A program made the position numbers and the translations under genes. A DNA stretch of 64,000 nucleotides, from the NCBI GenBank assembly GCA_016714905.1, contig JADKBW010000014.1, forward strand, positions 8,987 through 72,986, given 5' to 3'. Source of the DNA: Flavobacterium sp. (GTDB taxonomy: Bacteria > Bacteroidota > Bacteroidia > Flavobacteriales > Flavobacteriaceae). The notes beneath the pieces are model-generated. The model was not told the DNA's origin, made no database searches, and was given only the letters and a program-made list of their open reading frames with translations. Below are positions 20,914-31,319 of this stretch, piece after piece (position 1 is the stretch's first letter; each line of letters opens with the position of its first letter).

Positions 20914-21588
20914 CTATTTGATTTTAAAACGAATATACGTAATTGCTTTATTAATTTCCAAATATTGATTTTCGTAGAAAGTTTGAATTGTAGTTACTTC
21001 AGATGGACTGCCTTCGTTTTTGTAGACATTGTGATTGGCATAAAGCACTTCGTGACCTTCTCCGTGCAATAGACCTAAGGTATAACCGTGCATAAATTCG
21101 CTGTCGGTTTTCAAATGTACTAGACCGTCTTTTTTGAGGATTTTTTTATAGAGTTGCAAGAACTCCGAATTGGTCATTCGGTGTTTGGTTCTTTTATATT
21201 TGATTTGCGGGTCTGGAAAAGTAATCCAGATTTCGTCGACCTCGTCTTCGATAAAGAGATGATTGATTAGTTCGATTTGCGTTCTAACGAAAGCCACATT
21301 GCGTAAGCCATTTTCTACCGCTGTTTTCGCGCCACGCCAAAATCTTGCTCCTTTAATATCGATTCCGACGAAATTTTTGTTGGGATAACGTTCTGCTAAC
21401 CCAACGGAATATTCGCCTTTTCCGCAACCCAGTTCAAGAACAATTGGATTTTCGTTTTTGAAAAAATCGCTGTTCCATTTGCCTCGCAATGGGAATTGGT
21501 CGGCGACAACTTCCTCTCTCGTCGGTTGAAATACATTTTCGAACGTTTCGTTTTCTTTGAATCTTTTTAACTTATTTTTACTTCCCAC
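20914..21588 (-). CDS. trmB: tRNA (guanine-N7)-methyltransferase
   Basis: LELGCGKGEY, ITFPDPQ and HLKTDS motifs. Confidence 0.96.
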   Translation of the reverse strand: MGSKNKLKRFKENETFENVFQPTREEVVADQFPLRGKWNSDFFKNENPIVLELGCGKGEYSVGLAERYPNKNFVGIDIKGARFWRGAKTAVENGLRNVAFVRTQIELINHLFIEDEVDEIWITFPDPQIKYKRTKHRMTNSEFLQLYKKILKKDGLVHLKTDSEFMHGYTLGLLHGEGHEVLYANHNVYKNEGSPSEVTTIQTFYENQYLEINKAITYIRFKIK

Positions 21589-21677
21589 GATATAACTTAA
21601 TGTTTTGGCAAAATTAACGAAATATATAAGACCGAAACTATATTTATCTTCGCGCCACCAACTTAATAATTTTGCTC

Positions 21678-22757
21678 ATGACTTCGAATTCAATCGAAAA
21701 AAATGTGTTAGTAGCTCCACTGAATTGGGGATTAGGGCATGCGACGCGTTGTATTCCAATTATTAAAGGATTGGAAGAAACCGGATACACGCCAATACTC
21801 GCTTCCGACGGTCAGGCATTAGCTTTATTAAAAAAAGAATTTCCACATTTAAAGTCACTTGAATTGCCGTCGTATGAAATTGAATACGCCAAAGAAGGTT
21901 CGGATTTTAAATGGAAAATGTTGAAAAACATGCCGACGATGATTGATGCTATTTTGGAAGAGAAAAAAATGGTCAAAAAATGGGTAAAGGAATACAATCT
22001 CATTGGCGTCATATCTGATAACCGTTTGGGTGTGTTTAGTAAGAAAGTTCATAGTGTTTTTATCACGCACCAATTGAATGTTCTTACAGGAACAACCACT
22101 TGGATTACCAGTAAATTGCACCAACACATCATCAAAAAATATGACGAATGTTGGGTTCCTGATTTTGAAGACGAACCGAATTTAACTGGAAAATTAGGCC
22201 ATTTAAGTTCGACTTATTCGCACATTAAATATATCGGACCATTGAGTCGTTTTGAAAAAAAACCAGCCGCAAAGAAATATGACTTGATGATCATCCTGTC
22301 TGGCCCAGAACCGCAGCGAAGTATATTGGAAAATATTCTAAAAGAGCATATCCACGAATTTAACGGCAAGGTTGTTTTTATTTATGGCAAAATGGAGGCA
22401 CGCCAGAAAAAAACGCAAGTAGATCAAGTGACGTACTACAATTATATGACTTCCGCCGAGCTAGAACAAACCTTTAACGAAAGTGACGTCGTGCTTTGTC
22501 GCTCGGGTTATACCAGTGTGATGGATTTGGTGAAACTAGAAAAAAAGGCGTTTTTTATTCCAACGCCAGGACAGTATGAGCAAGAATATTTAGCCAAAAG
22601 ACTAAAGCGAAATGGATTTTTCCCGTATGCGAGACAAGAAAAATTTTCGTTTAGACAAGTGCATGAAACCGATTTGTATCGGAAACTGATTCCAAAGATG
22701 GAGCCGATTCATTGGAAGAATTTATTTTGCCTTTTCGAGCGTAAAGGAGAACTCTGA
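21678..22757 (+). CDS. GT28-like glycosyltransferase
   Basis: WGLGHATR, CRSGYTS and PTPGQYEQ motifs. Confidence 0.9.
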   Translation: MTSNSIEKNVLVAPLNWGLGHATRCIPIIKGLEETGYTPILASDGQALALLKKEFPHLKSLELPSYEIEYAKEGSDFKWKMLKNMPTMIDAILEEKKMVKKWVKEYNLIGVISDNRLGVFSKKVHSVFITHQLNVLTGTTTWITSKLHQHIIKKYDECWVPDFEDEPNLTGKLGHLSSTYSHIKYIGPLSRFEKKPAAKKYDLMIILSGPEPQRSILENILKEHIHEFNGKVVFIYGKMEARQKKTQVDQVTYYNYMTSAELEQTFNESDVVLCRSGYTSVMDLVKLEKKAFFIPTPGQYEQEYLAKRLKRNGFFPYARQEKFSFRQVHETDLYRKLIPKMEPIHWKNLFCLFERKGEL

Positions 22758-23765
22758 TCCTTTCCCGAATTCGCTTTCTATATAAATTTTCTCATCGTGC
22801 GCTTCGATAATGTGCTTTACAATTGACAAACCTAAGCCAGATCCGCCTTCACTCCGAGCGCCACTCTTGTCGACACGAAAGAAACGTTCGAAAAGCCTAG
22901 AAATATGCTGTTTTTCAATTCCTTCCCCATTATCCTTGATCCTAACAATCACTTTGTTCTTGGTGAGCGTTTCGATGCTCACTTCTGTAGATCCTTTTTC
23001 TTTGCCGTATTTGATAGAATTCATGATGAGATTAATCAATACCTGCTCGATTTTCTCGCTGTCACCCATAACAATAATAGGCTTGTTATATTTCATATCA
23101 AAAATCAACAAGATGTCTTTTTTGGACGCTTCCATTTCGAGCAAGTCAAAAACATTTTGAACTAGTTTTACAATATCAAATGGATGAATTTCGAGATTGA
23201 GATCGCCCATTTCAAGTTTCGTAATCATGTCCAAATCTTGTACAATGTAAATCAATCGCTCCACGCCTTTTTCTGCACGTTGCAAGTATTTTTTTCGAAT
23301 ACTTTTGTCATTCATGGCGCCATCTAGTAATGTAGAAAGATAGCCTTGAACGGTAAACAGTGGTGTTTTTAATTCATGGGAAACATTCCCAATAAATTCA
23401 CGACGGTATTCTTCTCGAACTTTGAGCATTTCGATTTCGAGTTTTTTGTCGGTGGCAAACTTCTTTACTTCACGCGTTAAAGTTGCCATATCGGTGGTAA
23501 TGGGTTGACTTCTGAACGTTGATGATTCTAAAAGGGAAACATCATCGTAGATTTTTTTAACCCGACGATATATGAAATGTTCGACGCGATATTGCAAGAC
23601 AAAAAATGAAAAGGCGGCAATGGAAGCAGCAAAACAAAGACAGAAGCGGAGAGAAAATTCGAAAAAATAGTAGGTCATTAATGCCACAACCGCTGTAGAA
23701 AACAAGGTGATGTAAAGCGCTGAAATGACCGCAAACTTGTATGTTTTTTTGAAATTAAGACCCAT
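22722..23765 (-). CDS. Sensor histidine kinase (PhoR-like)
   Basis: NVSHELKTP, NSIKYG, FERFFRVDK and GGSGLGL motifs. Confidence 0.93.
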   Translation of the reverse strand: MGLNFKKTYKFAVISALYITLFSTAVVALMTYYFFEFSLRFCLCFAASIAAFSFFVLQYRVEHFIYRRVKKIYDDVSLLESSTFRSQPITTDMATLTREVKKFATDKKLEIEMLKVREEYRREFIGNVSHELKTPLFTVQGYLSTLLDGAMNDKSIRKKYLQRAEKGVERLIYIVQDLDMITKLEMGDLNLEIHPFDIVKLVQNVFDLLEMEASKKDILLIFDMKYNKPIIVMGDSEKIEQVLINLIMNSIKYGKEKGSTEVSIETLTKNKVIVRIKDNGEGIEKQHISRLFERFFRVDKSGARSEGGSGLGLSIVKHIIEAHDEKIYIESEFGKGSEFSFTLEKAK

Positions 23766-23829
23766 ATTTAATTATTGCCACATGGCTATACTGGCAACAA
23801 CAAAGATATTGTAAAAAGAGATAGATTGG

Positions 23830-24516
23830 TTATACTTCAAACTTGTAACCCACGCCTTTAATCGTTTTGAAGAAATCGTCGCCGATCTTTTCTCGAAGCT
23901 TTCTGATGTGCACGTCGATGGTTCGTCCGCCTACGATAACTTCGCTTCCCCAAACTTTGTCTAGAATTTCTTCTCTTTTAAAAACCTTTCCTGGTTTGGA
24001 AGCCAAGAGATAAAACAACTCGAATTCTTTTCTAGGTAAAATAATCTCGAGATCATCCTTGATGATTTTATATTCTTCTCGATTGATTTCGATGCCGCCT
24101 ACATTTAAAGTCTCCGAACCTTTTTCTTCTTCATGCTTTAATCTTCTCAGTAAAGCTTTTACTTTACTAACGAGCAATTTAGGTTTTATAGGTTTGGCAA
24201 TATAGTCGTCTGCGCCAGCATCAAAACCGGCAACTTGAGAATAATCTTCACTTCTAGCGGTAAGGAATGTAATAATTACTTGACTTAATTCTGGCATACG
24301 TCTTATATTTTCGCAGGCTTCAATCCCGTCCATTTCAGGCATCATTACATCCATAATAATAAGATGTGGGATTTCTTTTTTAGCTTTCGCAATCGCTTCT
24401 TTACCATTGGTTGCGGTAACAATTTGATAACCTTCTTGAGCGAGATTATATCCAACAATCTCTAAGATATCTTGTTCGTCGTCTACTAATAAAATCTTGA
24501 TGTCTTTCTTCTTCAT
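23830..24516 (-). CDS. OmpR/PhoB family response regulator
   Basis: REC domain plus RTIDVHIRKLR...TIKGVGY. Confidence 0.95.
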   Translation of the reverse strand: MKKKDIKILLVDDEQDILEIVGYNLAQEGYQIVTATNGKEAIAKAKKEIPHLIIMDVMMPEMDGIEACENIRRMPELSQVIITFLTARSEDYSQVAGFDAGADDYIAKPIKPKLLVSKVKALLRRLKHEEEKGSETLNVGGIEINREEYKIIKDDLEIILPRKEFELFYLLASKPGKVFKREEILDKVWGSEVIVGGRTIDVHIRKLREKIGDDFFKTIKGVGYKFEV

Positions 24517-24640
24517 ACTAGCAAAATTAAGGGTTTAACGCATCTATCAAAAAGTGTTTTTCAACAGATGAATTCCTTTGCGATTGTAAATGTAAAGATA
24601 AAAGAATCGTGATAAATCATGTTTACTATTATTTAATCTC

Positions 24641-24701
24641 TTAACAATTCGGTAATACTATGCAAACTTAATCGTAACAACTAGTTAACATGAACTTTAC
24701 A
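24641..24701 (+). promoter_or_regulatory. 11-bp-phased TAACA direct repeats (putative OmpR/PhoB-type boxes)
   Basis: TAACA 24642, TAATA 24653, TAACA 24675, TAACA 24686, TTACA 24697. Confidence 0.6.
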
Positions 24702-24742
24702 GCGTCGGCGTTCCTTTGCCAAAAATTTAACATCCTATTAAA

Positions 24743-27529
24743 ATGAGAATCAAGTTTTTATTCATTACCCTATTCGTCTGTACGATTGCTTTAGCCCAAA
24801 GTAAAGGAACTATTACAGGAGTACTTACAGACAAAGATGCCAATAACGCAACTTTGCCTTTTGCCAATGCTGCCATCAAAGGAACTACGATTGGGACCAC
24901 CTCCGACGAAAAAGGAAAATATACGCTTACCGTTGCAGCAGGAAACCACACCATCGTATTTAGTTTTTTGGGATATGAGAACGTTGAAGTGCCTGTTACT
25001 GTAAAAGCAGGAGAAACCATCACCATCAATAGAGCTTTAGGTTCTGGAAGTTACAAGTTAGAAGATGTCGTAGTAAAAGCGAGCTCTGGCGGGAGAGAAA
25101 AAGAGAGTGCTTTATTATTAGATCAGAAAAAAGCAGTAGAAATTAAGCAAAGTATTGGAGCGCAGGAAATGGCGAGAAAAGGAGTGAGTAATGTTCAAGA
25201 AGGCTTAACTAAAATTACGGGGGTTTCTAAAGTTGAGTCGAGAGGTTTATTTGTTCGTGGACTGGAAGAACGGTACAACAATTTATTGATTAATGATTTA
25301 CAAGCACCATCTAATAGTCCGTTCAAAAAAATAATTCCTTTAGATCTATTCCCTACTGATATTGTCGGTGTTTTAAATGTTTATAAAACCTTCAACCCAA
25401 ATATCCCGGGAGATTTTGCAGGAGCTACAATTAATATAGAAACTTCTCAACCTAGAGCTAGCATCACCAAAATCAGTACAAGTTTTGGTTATACAACTAA
25501 TAATAATGGACGTGAATTTCTTATTTCAGAAGATGCTAATACTACACAGGGCTTTTTAGGACTACTAGGAAAAGACCGAGAATTGCCATCTGCGTTTCAA
25601 AACGTTCCTTCAGGAAAAATTCTTACACCCGCACAATATAATGAAACGAGTAAACAAAATTCATGGAATGTTGATCAATCAAGTAGCCCTATAAATTCGG
25701 GGATTGGTTTCTTACATACTGAAAAATTCAATCTCGAAAAAAACAGAAGTATCAGTTATATTTTTTCGATGAATGCCGATAACAGGTATCAAGTTTTAGA
25801 AGGTATTGACAGAACCTTCAATCAGGGGCAAGGGAATTATGACAATAATTTCGAAGTTGCAAAATACAGTTACAACACTTCATTGTCTGGATTAGTTGGA
25901 ATAAAATTCAAATCCAATCGTTTTGACGTTAGTTTAAATTCCTTCGCATTGCGATCAACTTCAAGTATTATTCAAGACCAACTTGGTTACAAGAATAGTT
26001 TAAACACCAACCCGAATATTTTAATTCGATTGAATCAGTTTGAAGAATCAAAATATTGGAACAATCAAATCTTGGCGAATTATAAATTAACGGCTAACGG
26101 AAAACAAACTTTAAAAGGAGGATTTTCGTATGTGAAAACCGCCTTTGGTTTGCCTGACCGAAAAGTAATTACAGGAGAAAAACTGAATGAAAATGACACG
26201 AAAGTAACTTATGGGGCAGACAACTTAATACGCCAATACTTTGATGTTTCTGGGGATCGCTTCTTCTCTGGCATGTTAGAATATGCTATAAAGTTTAAAG
26301 AAAAAGACAACGGCAAAGACACAAAATTGACCATTGGTTATAATGGGTTAAGCAATGAAGAAGTGTCTTCGTATCGTTTTGTTTTTGGTAGACCTTTATT
26401 GGCGACAACCTACATTACGAATATTAATACGATCAATGAAACTATCGAGAATGATGTAAACAACGGGTTGGTTAAATTCACAGAAGAATCAACAGGTGAT
26501 TGGCGTTCGAAATTATATCAAGGAATCAATTCGGCATACGCAAATATCTTTTTTAATTTTGCTGAAAAATGGGATATCAATGGTGGAGTCAGAATGGAAA
26601 GCTCTATCAGAGAAATAAAATACAGACAAACTGGCGACTCTTTTACTGCTCCTTACAGAAAATTGAAAAACAACAAAGTCGACTTTTTACCTGCAATTAA
26701 TGTAAAATATAGTTTAAACGATAAAAACAATATTCGTTTTGCTGCTTCTAAGACTATTACTCGACCAATTTCTATTGAAATTCTTCCCGTCAACTTTGTA
26801 AATCCTGACGGAACTGTAGAAATTGGAAATCCTAAAATTCAAAATAGTGACAATCTCAATTTCGATTTAAAGTATGAGATGTTCCCGGGCACCAATCAAA
26901 TATTTGTTGTAGGCCTTTTTGGAAAACAAATTAATAATCCAATTGAAAGAATTTTTATTCCTACTGCCAGTAGTGGCGGACAAATCATTACGTATGCCAA
27001 TTCAAAAAGCGCCTTGCTTTTTGGGGTAGAATTAGAAGTTTTATTGCCTTTGAACAAGATTAGTGCAGCTTTAAATAATTTCTCATGGGGCTTTAATACT
27101 TCTTTGATGAAAACAGATGTTAATGTTGATTTGATTAAAAACCCGCTTGAAAACAACAAATCAAGAGCACTTCAAGGCGCATCAGATTGGTTAATAAATT
27201 CTGACTTGAAGTACGATTTTAAATTTAATGAAGACATGAAAAACACGATTTCATTAGTTTATGGTGTTTCTGGTGAAAGAATTTATGCGGTTGGTACTGC
27301 TGGAATTGATCATATCTACGAGAAACCATTTCACAAATTAGACTTTGTATGGTCTAGTAAATTATCTAAGAATATCGAAGCAAAATTCGCCGTTGAAAAC
27401 ATCTTAAACCCATCTTTTAGAAGAGAACTTGGTAGCGAAAGTCAACAGACTATTACAGAAACAGATTTGACAGTAAGAGAATTTAAAAGAGGTACTGGAT
27501 TCTCATTAGGCATCAATTATACTTTTTAA
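24743..27529 (+). CDS. TonB-dependent receptor
   Basis: Signal peptide, carboxypeptidase-regulatory-like domain, plug (VRGLEERY), C-terminal INYTF. Confidence 0.93.
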   Translation: MRIKFLFITLFVCTIALAQSKGTITGVLTDKDANNATLPFANAAIKGTTIGTTSDEKGKYTLTVAAGNHTIVFSFLGYENVEVPVTVKAGETITINRALGSGSYKLEDVVVKASSGGREKESALLLDQKKAVEIKQSIGAQEMARKGVSNVQEGLTKITGVSKVESRGLFVRGLEERYNNLLINDLQAPSNSPFKKIIPLDLFPTDIVGVLNVYKTFNPNIPGDFAGATINIETSQPRASITKISTSFGYTTNNNGREFLISEDANTTQGFLGLLGKDRELPSAFQNVPSGKILTPAQYNETSKQNSWNVDQSSSPINSGIGFLHTEKFNLEKNRSISYIFSMNADNRYQVLEGIDRTFNQGQGNYDNNFEVAKYSYNTSLSGLVGIKFKSNRFDVSLNSFALRSTSSIIQDQLGYKNSLNTNPNILIRLNQFEESKYWNNQILANYKLTANGKQTLKGGFSYVKTAFGLPDRKVITGEKLNENDTKVTYGADNLIRQYFDVSGDRFFSGMLEYAIKFKEKDNGKDTKLTIGYNGLSNEEVSSYRFVFGRPLLATTYITNINTINETIENDVNNGLVKFTEESTGDWRSKLYQGINSAYANIFFNFAEKWDINGGVRMESSIREIKYRQTGDSFTAPYRKLKNNKVDFLPAINVKYSLNDKNNIRFAASKTITRPISIEILPVNFVNPDGTVEIGNPKIQNSDNLNFDLKYEMFPGTNQIFVVGLFGKQINNPIERIFIPTASSGGQIITYANSKSALLFGVELEVLLPLNKISAALNNFSWGFNTSLMKTDVNVDLIKNPLENNKSRALQGASDWLINSDLKYDFKFNEDMKNTISLVYGVSGERIYAVGTAGIDHIYEKPFHKLDFVWSSKLSKNIEAKFAVENILNPSFRRELGSESQQTITETDLTVREFKRGTGFSLGINYTF

Positions 27530-27731
27530 AAAAAATTCAAAATAGAAAAGTTCGTCAATCATTTGGTTGGCGATTTTTTTTGAATCAGATTTCTTAGGTT
27601 AACAAATTGTAATTGATTTAACTTAGAATTTACATTCGCTTTATTTTTTTATAATCATAATACAACAATGAGATAACGAGTAAAACAAGCGCTGTTTTTA
27701 TTTTTGCGTAACATTTAAAAATACATTAAAA

Positions 27732-28913
27732 ATGAAAAAATTACTTTTGAGTTTTGCAACCATTGCAACGTTATTAACAGCATGTTCTTCAGATGATGAA
27801 AGTTCAAATCCAACTCCAACTCCAACAGGGGAAATTTCAGGAGATTTTAGTGCTAACAGAGATTACGTAAAAGGAAATTACACTCTAAAAGGAACAGTTC
27901 GCGTAAAAGCTGGTGTTACTTTAAGCATAGCTGCTGGTTCAGTAATTACAGCCGATGTAACTGACGGTGTTGATGCGCTTGTAGTAGAAAACGGTGGGAA
28001 ATTAATTATGAACGGGACTGCAGCAGATCCAATTGTATGCACGCACCTGACTAAAGTTGCAGGGTCTTGGGGAGGAATTATTATGTATGGTGATGCGCCC
28101 ATTGTTGGTGCAAGTTCAGTAGCGACTGCTAATTCTGAAGACGGGCTTACTAGTTCAATTACAGGAACAGCGTATACTTATGGCGGTTCTAATGATACTC
28201 ACAATGGTGGGACATTAAGATATGTACGTGTAGAATATGCAGGTAAGAAAATTACAGACGGAACAAGTGAAATGAACGGTTTTTCTTTCTACTCTGTAGG
28301 TTCAGGAACGATCTTAGAAAATTTAGTTTCTTACAAAGGAGCTGATGATGGTTATGAGTTTTACGGTGGAACTGTTAGCGGAACCAACTTAATATCGTAC
28401 GGAAACTCTGATGACTCTTTCGACTGGCAAGATGGTTGGAAAGGTCAATTGAATAGCAATTGGTATGCATCACAAGTTGGCACAGGAAACTTCGGTATGG
28501 AAGTAGAGGCTAAAAGCGTTAATAACGATTTTTCTCCAAAAATCACAAATATTACTTTGAAGAGAGCCGCTGGAACGGTTACAGAGGGCGGAACTTCTGC
28601 TGCTGAATACGATGCAATCCAATTTAAAAAACAAGGAAATGGTGATTTTTCTAACATTCTAATTTCTGGTTACACAACTGATGGTGCTACTGCTGTAAGA
28701 ATTCAAGATGCCGCTACAAATACAGGGCAAGTAGAGAGTGGTAAAATCAAATTAAGCAATGTAAAAATCAACGATGGTACGTCACAATTTGCGGGCGCAA
28801 GTGGGATAACGGTGATTTTTGATCCTGCTAATTATACTTTAGGAGAAGCTACTGGCGCTTCAATCACACCAGGAGCATGGACTATTGTTGAAGGAATCAA
28901 CTTATTGAACTAA
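27732..28913 (+). CDS. Outer-membrane beta-helix lipoprotein
   Basis: Lipobox LTAC; GTLRYVRVEYAG, DDGYEFYGG and DDSFDW motifs. Confidence 0.85.
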   Translation: MKKLLLSFATIATLLTACSSDDESSNPTPTPTGEISGDFSANRDYVKGNYTLKGTVRVKAGVTLSIAAGSVITADVTDGVDALVVENGGKLIMNGTAADPIVCTHLTKVAGSWGGIIMYGDAPIVGASSVATANSEDGLTSSITGTAYTYGGSNDTHNGGTLRYVRVEYAGKKITDGTSEMNGFSFYSVGSGTILENLVSYKGADDGYEFYGGTVSGTNLISYGNSDDSFDWQDGWKGQLNSNWYASQVGTGNFGMEVEAKSVNNDFSPKITNITLKRAAGTVTEGGTSAAEYDAIQFKKQGNGDFSNILISGYTTDGATAVRIQDAATNTGQVESGKIKLSNVKINDGTSQFAGASGITVIFDPANYTLGEATGASITPGAWTIVEGINLLN

Positions 28914-28931
28914 AATATTTGTATTTTTTAT

Positions 28932-28967
28932 CAAAAAACACCTCTTTCACAAGAGGTGTTTTTTTTA
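28932..28967 (+). terminator. Rho-independent terminator
   Basis: AAAAAACACCTCTT-TCAC-AAGAGGTGTTTTTTTT. Confidence 0.85.
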
Positions 28968-29016
28968 TGTTTTTATTTTGATTTTAATTCCTATCTTTAC
29001 CACCAAGTAAAATCTC

Positions 29017-29334
29017 ATGAGAAATAAATACTTCTATACTATCATTATCGTTTGCTTGTTTTCGCTTGGCGCTTTCGCTCAGGAAAACAGACAGCAATCT
29101 GTTATAGATGGTTTGAGTTTTTATCCGAACCCGGTGAGTACTGGTAAAATCTACATCACTTCTAAATCTGCTATGGATAAGGAAGTTATGATTTTTGATG
29201 TCTTGGGTAAAAAAGTGTTGCAAGCTACTATATCTTCTAAAGAGTTGAATATTGCCACACTTTCTCCTGGTGTTTATATCATCAAAATTCGCGAAGGCGA
29301 AGCTACCGCTACTAGAAAATTGATTGTCAAGTAG
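29017..29334 (+). CDS. Minimal T9SS type A sorting-domain protein
   Basis: Signal peptide followed almost directly by FYPNPV...GVYIIKI...TRKLIVK. Confidence 0.88.
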   Translation: MRNKYFYTIIIVCLFSLGAFAQENRQQSVIDGLSFYPNPVSTGKIYITSKSAMDKEVMIFDVLGKKVLQATISSKELNIATLSPGVYIIKIREGEATATRKLIVK

Positions 29335-29439
29335 TTGTTTTTCCTCCTTACATTCCCTTAATCTTTATTTTACCTTTTTTTCTTTTATGCAAAAGAAATT
29401 ACTTCCTATATTTGTAGTCTAAAATTTAAAAACTTAAAA

Positions 29440-30312
29440 ATGAAAAAACTTTACACTTTATTATTTGTTGCTTTTGCTGCGACAATGAATGCTCAAACTT
29501 TCACAGAATGGAATTTCGATGATCTTGTTCCTGCTACTGCAATGTTGCCAACAACAGGTTCTGGAACTTTTTCAATCATTGGAGGAGTTGAAGATAGCCT
29601 TACTGCTGGTTTGATGCCTGCTGGTAATCCTTCAACAGGAAAAGCATATAGCATTAAAACATTTCCTGCAACTTTAACCGCTTCTGGAACTGCTGGTTAC
29701 GAATTCGCTGTTCCAACGGGTGCGTTTCCTGATCCAATCTACGTTACTTTTGACCCAAGAGGTTCTAACACTGCTTCAAGATGGCAACAATATGAATATA
29801 CTACAGACGGAACTAATTGGATAGTTTTGGGTAATAATGGTGGACTTTTAACTAATGCATTCACTGCAAATCCAATGGTTCGTTTGAACTTGCCAGCTGG
29901 TTGTGGCGGTAATGATGCTTTTAGATTCAGAATCGTTTCTATTTTTGATCCAGGAACGGGAGATTATTCTGCTGTTAATTATGCTGGAACTCCTCCTTCT
30001 ACATATGGTACAACAGGTGGAACTTGGAGAATTGATAACGTTGCTTTTGGTCAAGGTACGCTTGCCGTTCAAGAAAATGAAATCGCAGGTTTACAAGTAT
30101 ATCCAAATCCTGTAACCAATGGAATTCTAAACATTACCACAGATAACAACGATGCAAAATCTGTAATCTTGTTCGACGTTTTAGGAAAACAAGTGATCAA
30201 TACAACTGTAACTGATCAACCTATCAATGTTGCTTCTTTAAACAAAGGTGTTTACTTCGTAAAAATTACAGAAGCTGGTAAAACTGCTACAAGAAAATTA
30301 GTTATTAAGTAA
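29440..30312 (+). CDS. T9SS type A sorting-domain protein
   Basis: Signal peptide, beta-sandwich domain, VYPNPV...GVYFVKI...TRKLVIK. Confidence 0.9.
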   Translation: MKKLYTLLFVAFAATMNAQTFTEWNFDDLVPATAMLPTTGSGTFSIIGGVEDSLTAGLMPAGNPSTGKAYSIKTFPATLTASGTAGYEFAVPTGAFPDPIYVTFDPRGSNTASRWQQYEYTTDGTNWIVLGNNGGLLTNAFTANPMVRLNLPAGCGGNDAFRFRIVSIFDPGTGDYSAVNYAGTPPSTYGTTGGTWRIDNVAFGQGTLAVQENEIAGLQVYPNPVTNGILNITTDNNDAKSVILFDVLGKQVINTTVTDQPINVASLNKGVYFVKITEAGKTATRKLVIK

Positions 30313-30332
30313 TTTACTTACACCACATACTT

Positions 30333-31100
30333 AAAACTCCAACCTAACCGTTGGAGTTTTTTTTATTTCCTACTTTTGTCAAAAAGAATTCTTGATCACA
30401 ACTTCTGACATATTCTCTATTTCCAGTGGCAAGCAATTTGAGAAAATCGCCTTGAAAGTGTTTCGCTATCAATACGATAACAATGGGGTTTATCGCCAGT
30501 TTTGTCAACATTTAAAAGTAGAAAAACAACAGGTAAAATCACTGCTGCAAATTCCATTTCTTCCCATACAATTTTTTAAAAGCCATGAGGTCGTTACAAG
30601 AGACCATCCCATTCAAACAACCTTCACAAGTAGCGGCACAACCGGAATGACAACCAGTAACCATTTCGTGTCTGACTTATCTTTATACGAATCAAGTTAT
30701 CTTCAAGCCTTCTCACAGTTTTATGGTAACATCGAAGATTATGTAGTGTTGGCCTTGCTTCCATCCTATCTAGAACGCGAGGGTTCGTCTTTAATTTATA
30801 TGGTCAACGACTTAATCGAGAGAACCAACAATCCCGATAGCGGTTTTTATCTTCACAATTACGAAGAACTCATTAGCAAACTCACGGCGCTAGATCAGTC
30901 GGGCCAAAACGTAATACTTATTGGGGTAACTTACGCTTTGTTGGATTTGATTGAAATGCAAAAATTCCAATTGCATCATACCATTATCATGGAAACGGGC
31001 GGCATGAAAGGCAAACGTAAAGAACTCATCCGCGAAGAATTGCACGAGATGTTGTGCGATGGATTTGGTGTTGCTTCCATTCATTCTGAATATGGGATGA
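30333..31100 (+). repeat. ~770-bp direct repeat, copy 1 (terminator, promoter and LuxE-like 5' part)
   Basis: Matches 32771-33538 at an offset of 2438 bp. Confidence 0.9.
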
Positions 31101-31135
31101 CTAAACTTTCTCAAGCATTCATGAGTTTGGTATAA
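30392..31135 (+). pseudogene. 3'-truncated LuxE-like acyltransferase
   Basis: Parallels 32830-33810 up to HSEYGMT, then diverges and stops. Confidence 0.85.
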
Positions 31136-31249
31136 AAAAACATTTTGATGGTATTTTTTATTAAATGTAACTGGCAGGTGATTAAGTTTATCCCCTAACT
31201 TAGTTAATGCCAACCCTTTTTGTAGTAATGCTTTGATTTTCCAATTCAT
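31100..31249 (-). pseudogene. 5' fragment of a gene, fused to the antisense strand of the LuxE-like copy
   Basis: MNWKIKALLQKGLALTKLGDKLNHLPVTFNKKYHQNVFLYQTHECLRKF, then runs into antisense LuxE-like sequence. Confidence 0.6.
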
Positions 31250-31319
31250 AACGTTTAGTTATATTCATTAAACTAATTCACGTCTATAGAATAATTAAGT
31301 ATATTTCTATTTATTAAGT

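Noticed and set aside
30890-31249. 119-aa minus-strand ORF as an intact gene
   Set aside because: Its 3' half is antisense LuxE-like sequence; the same peptide reappears at 33328-33522.
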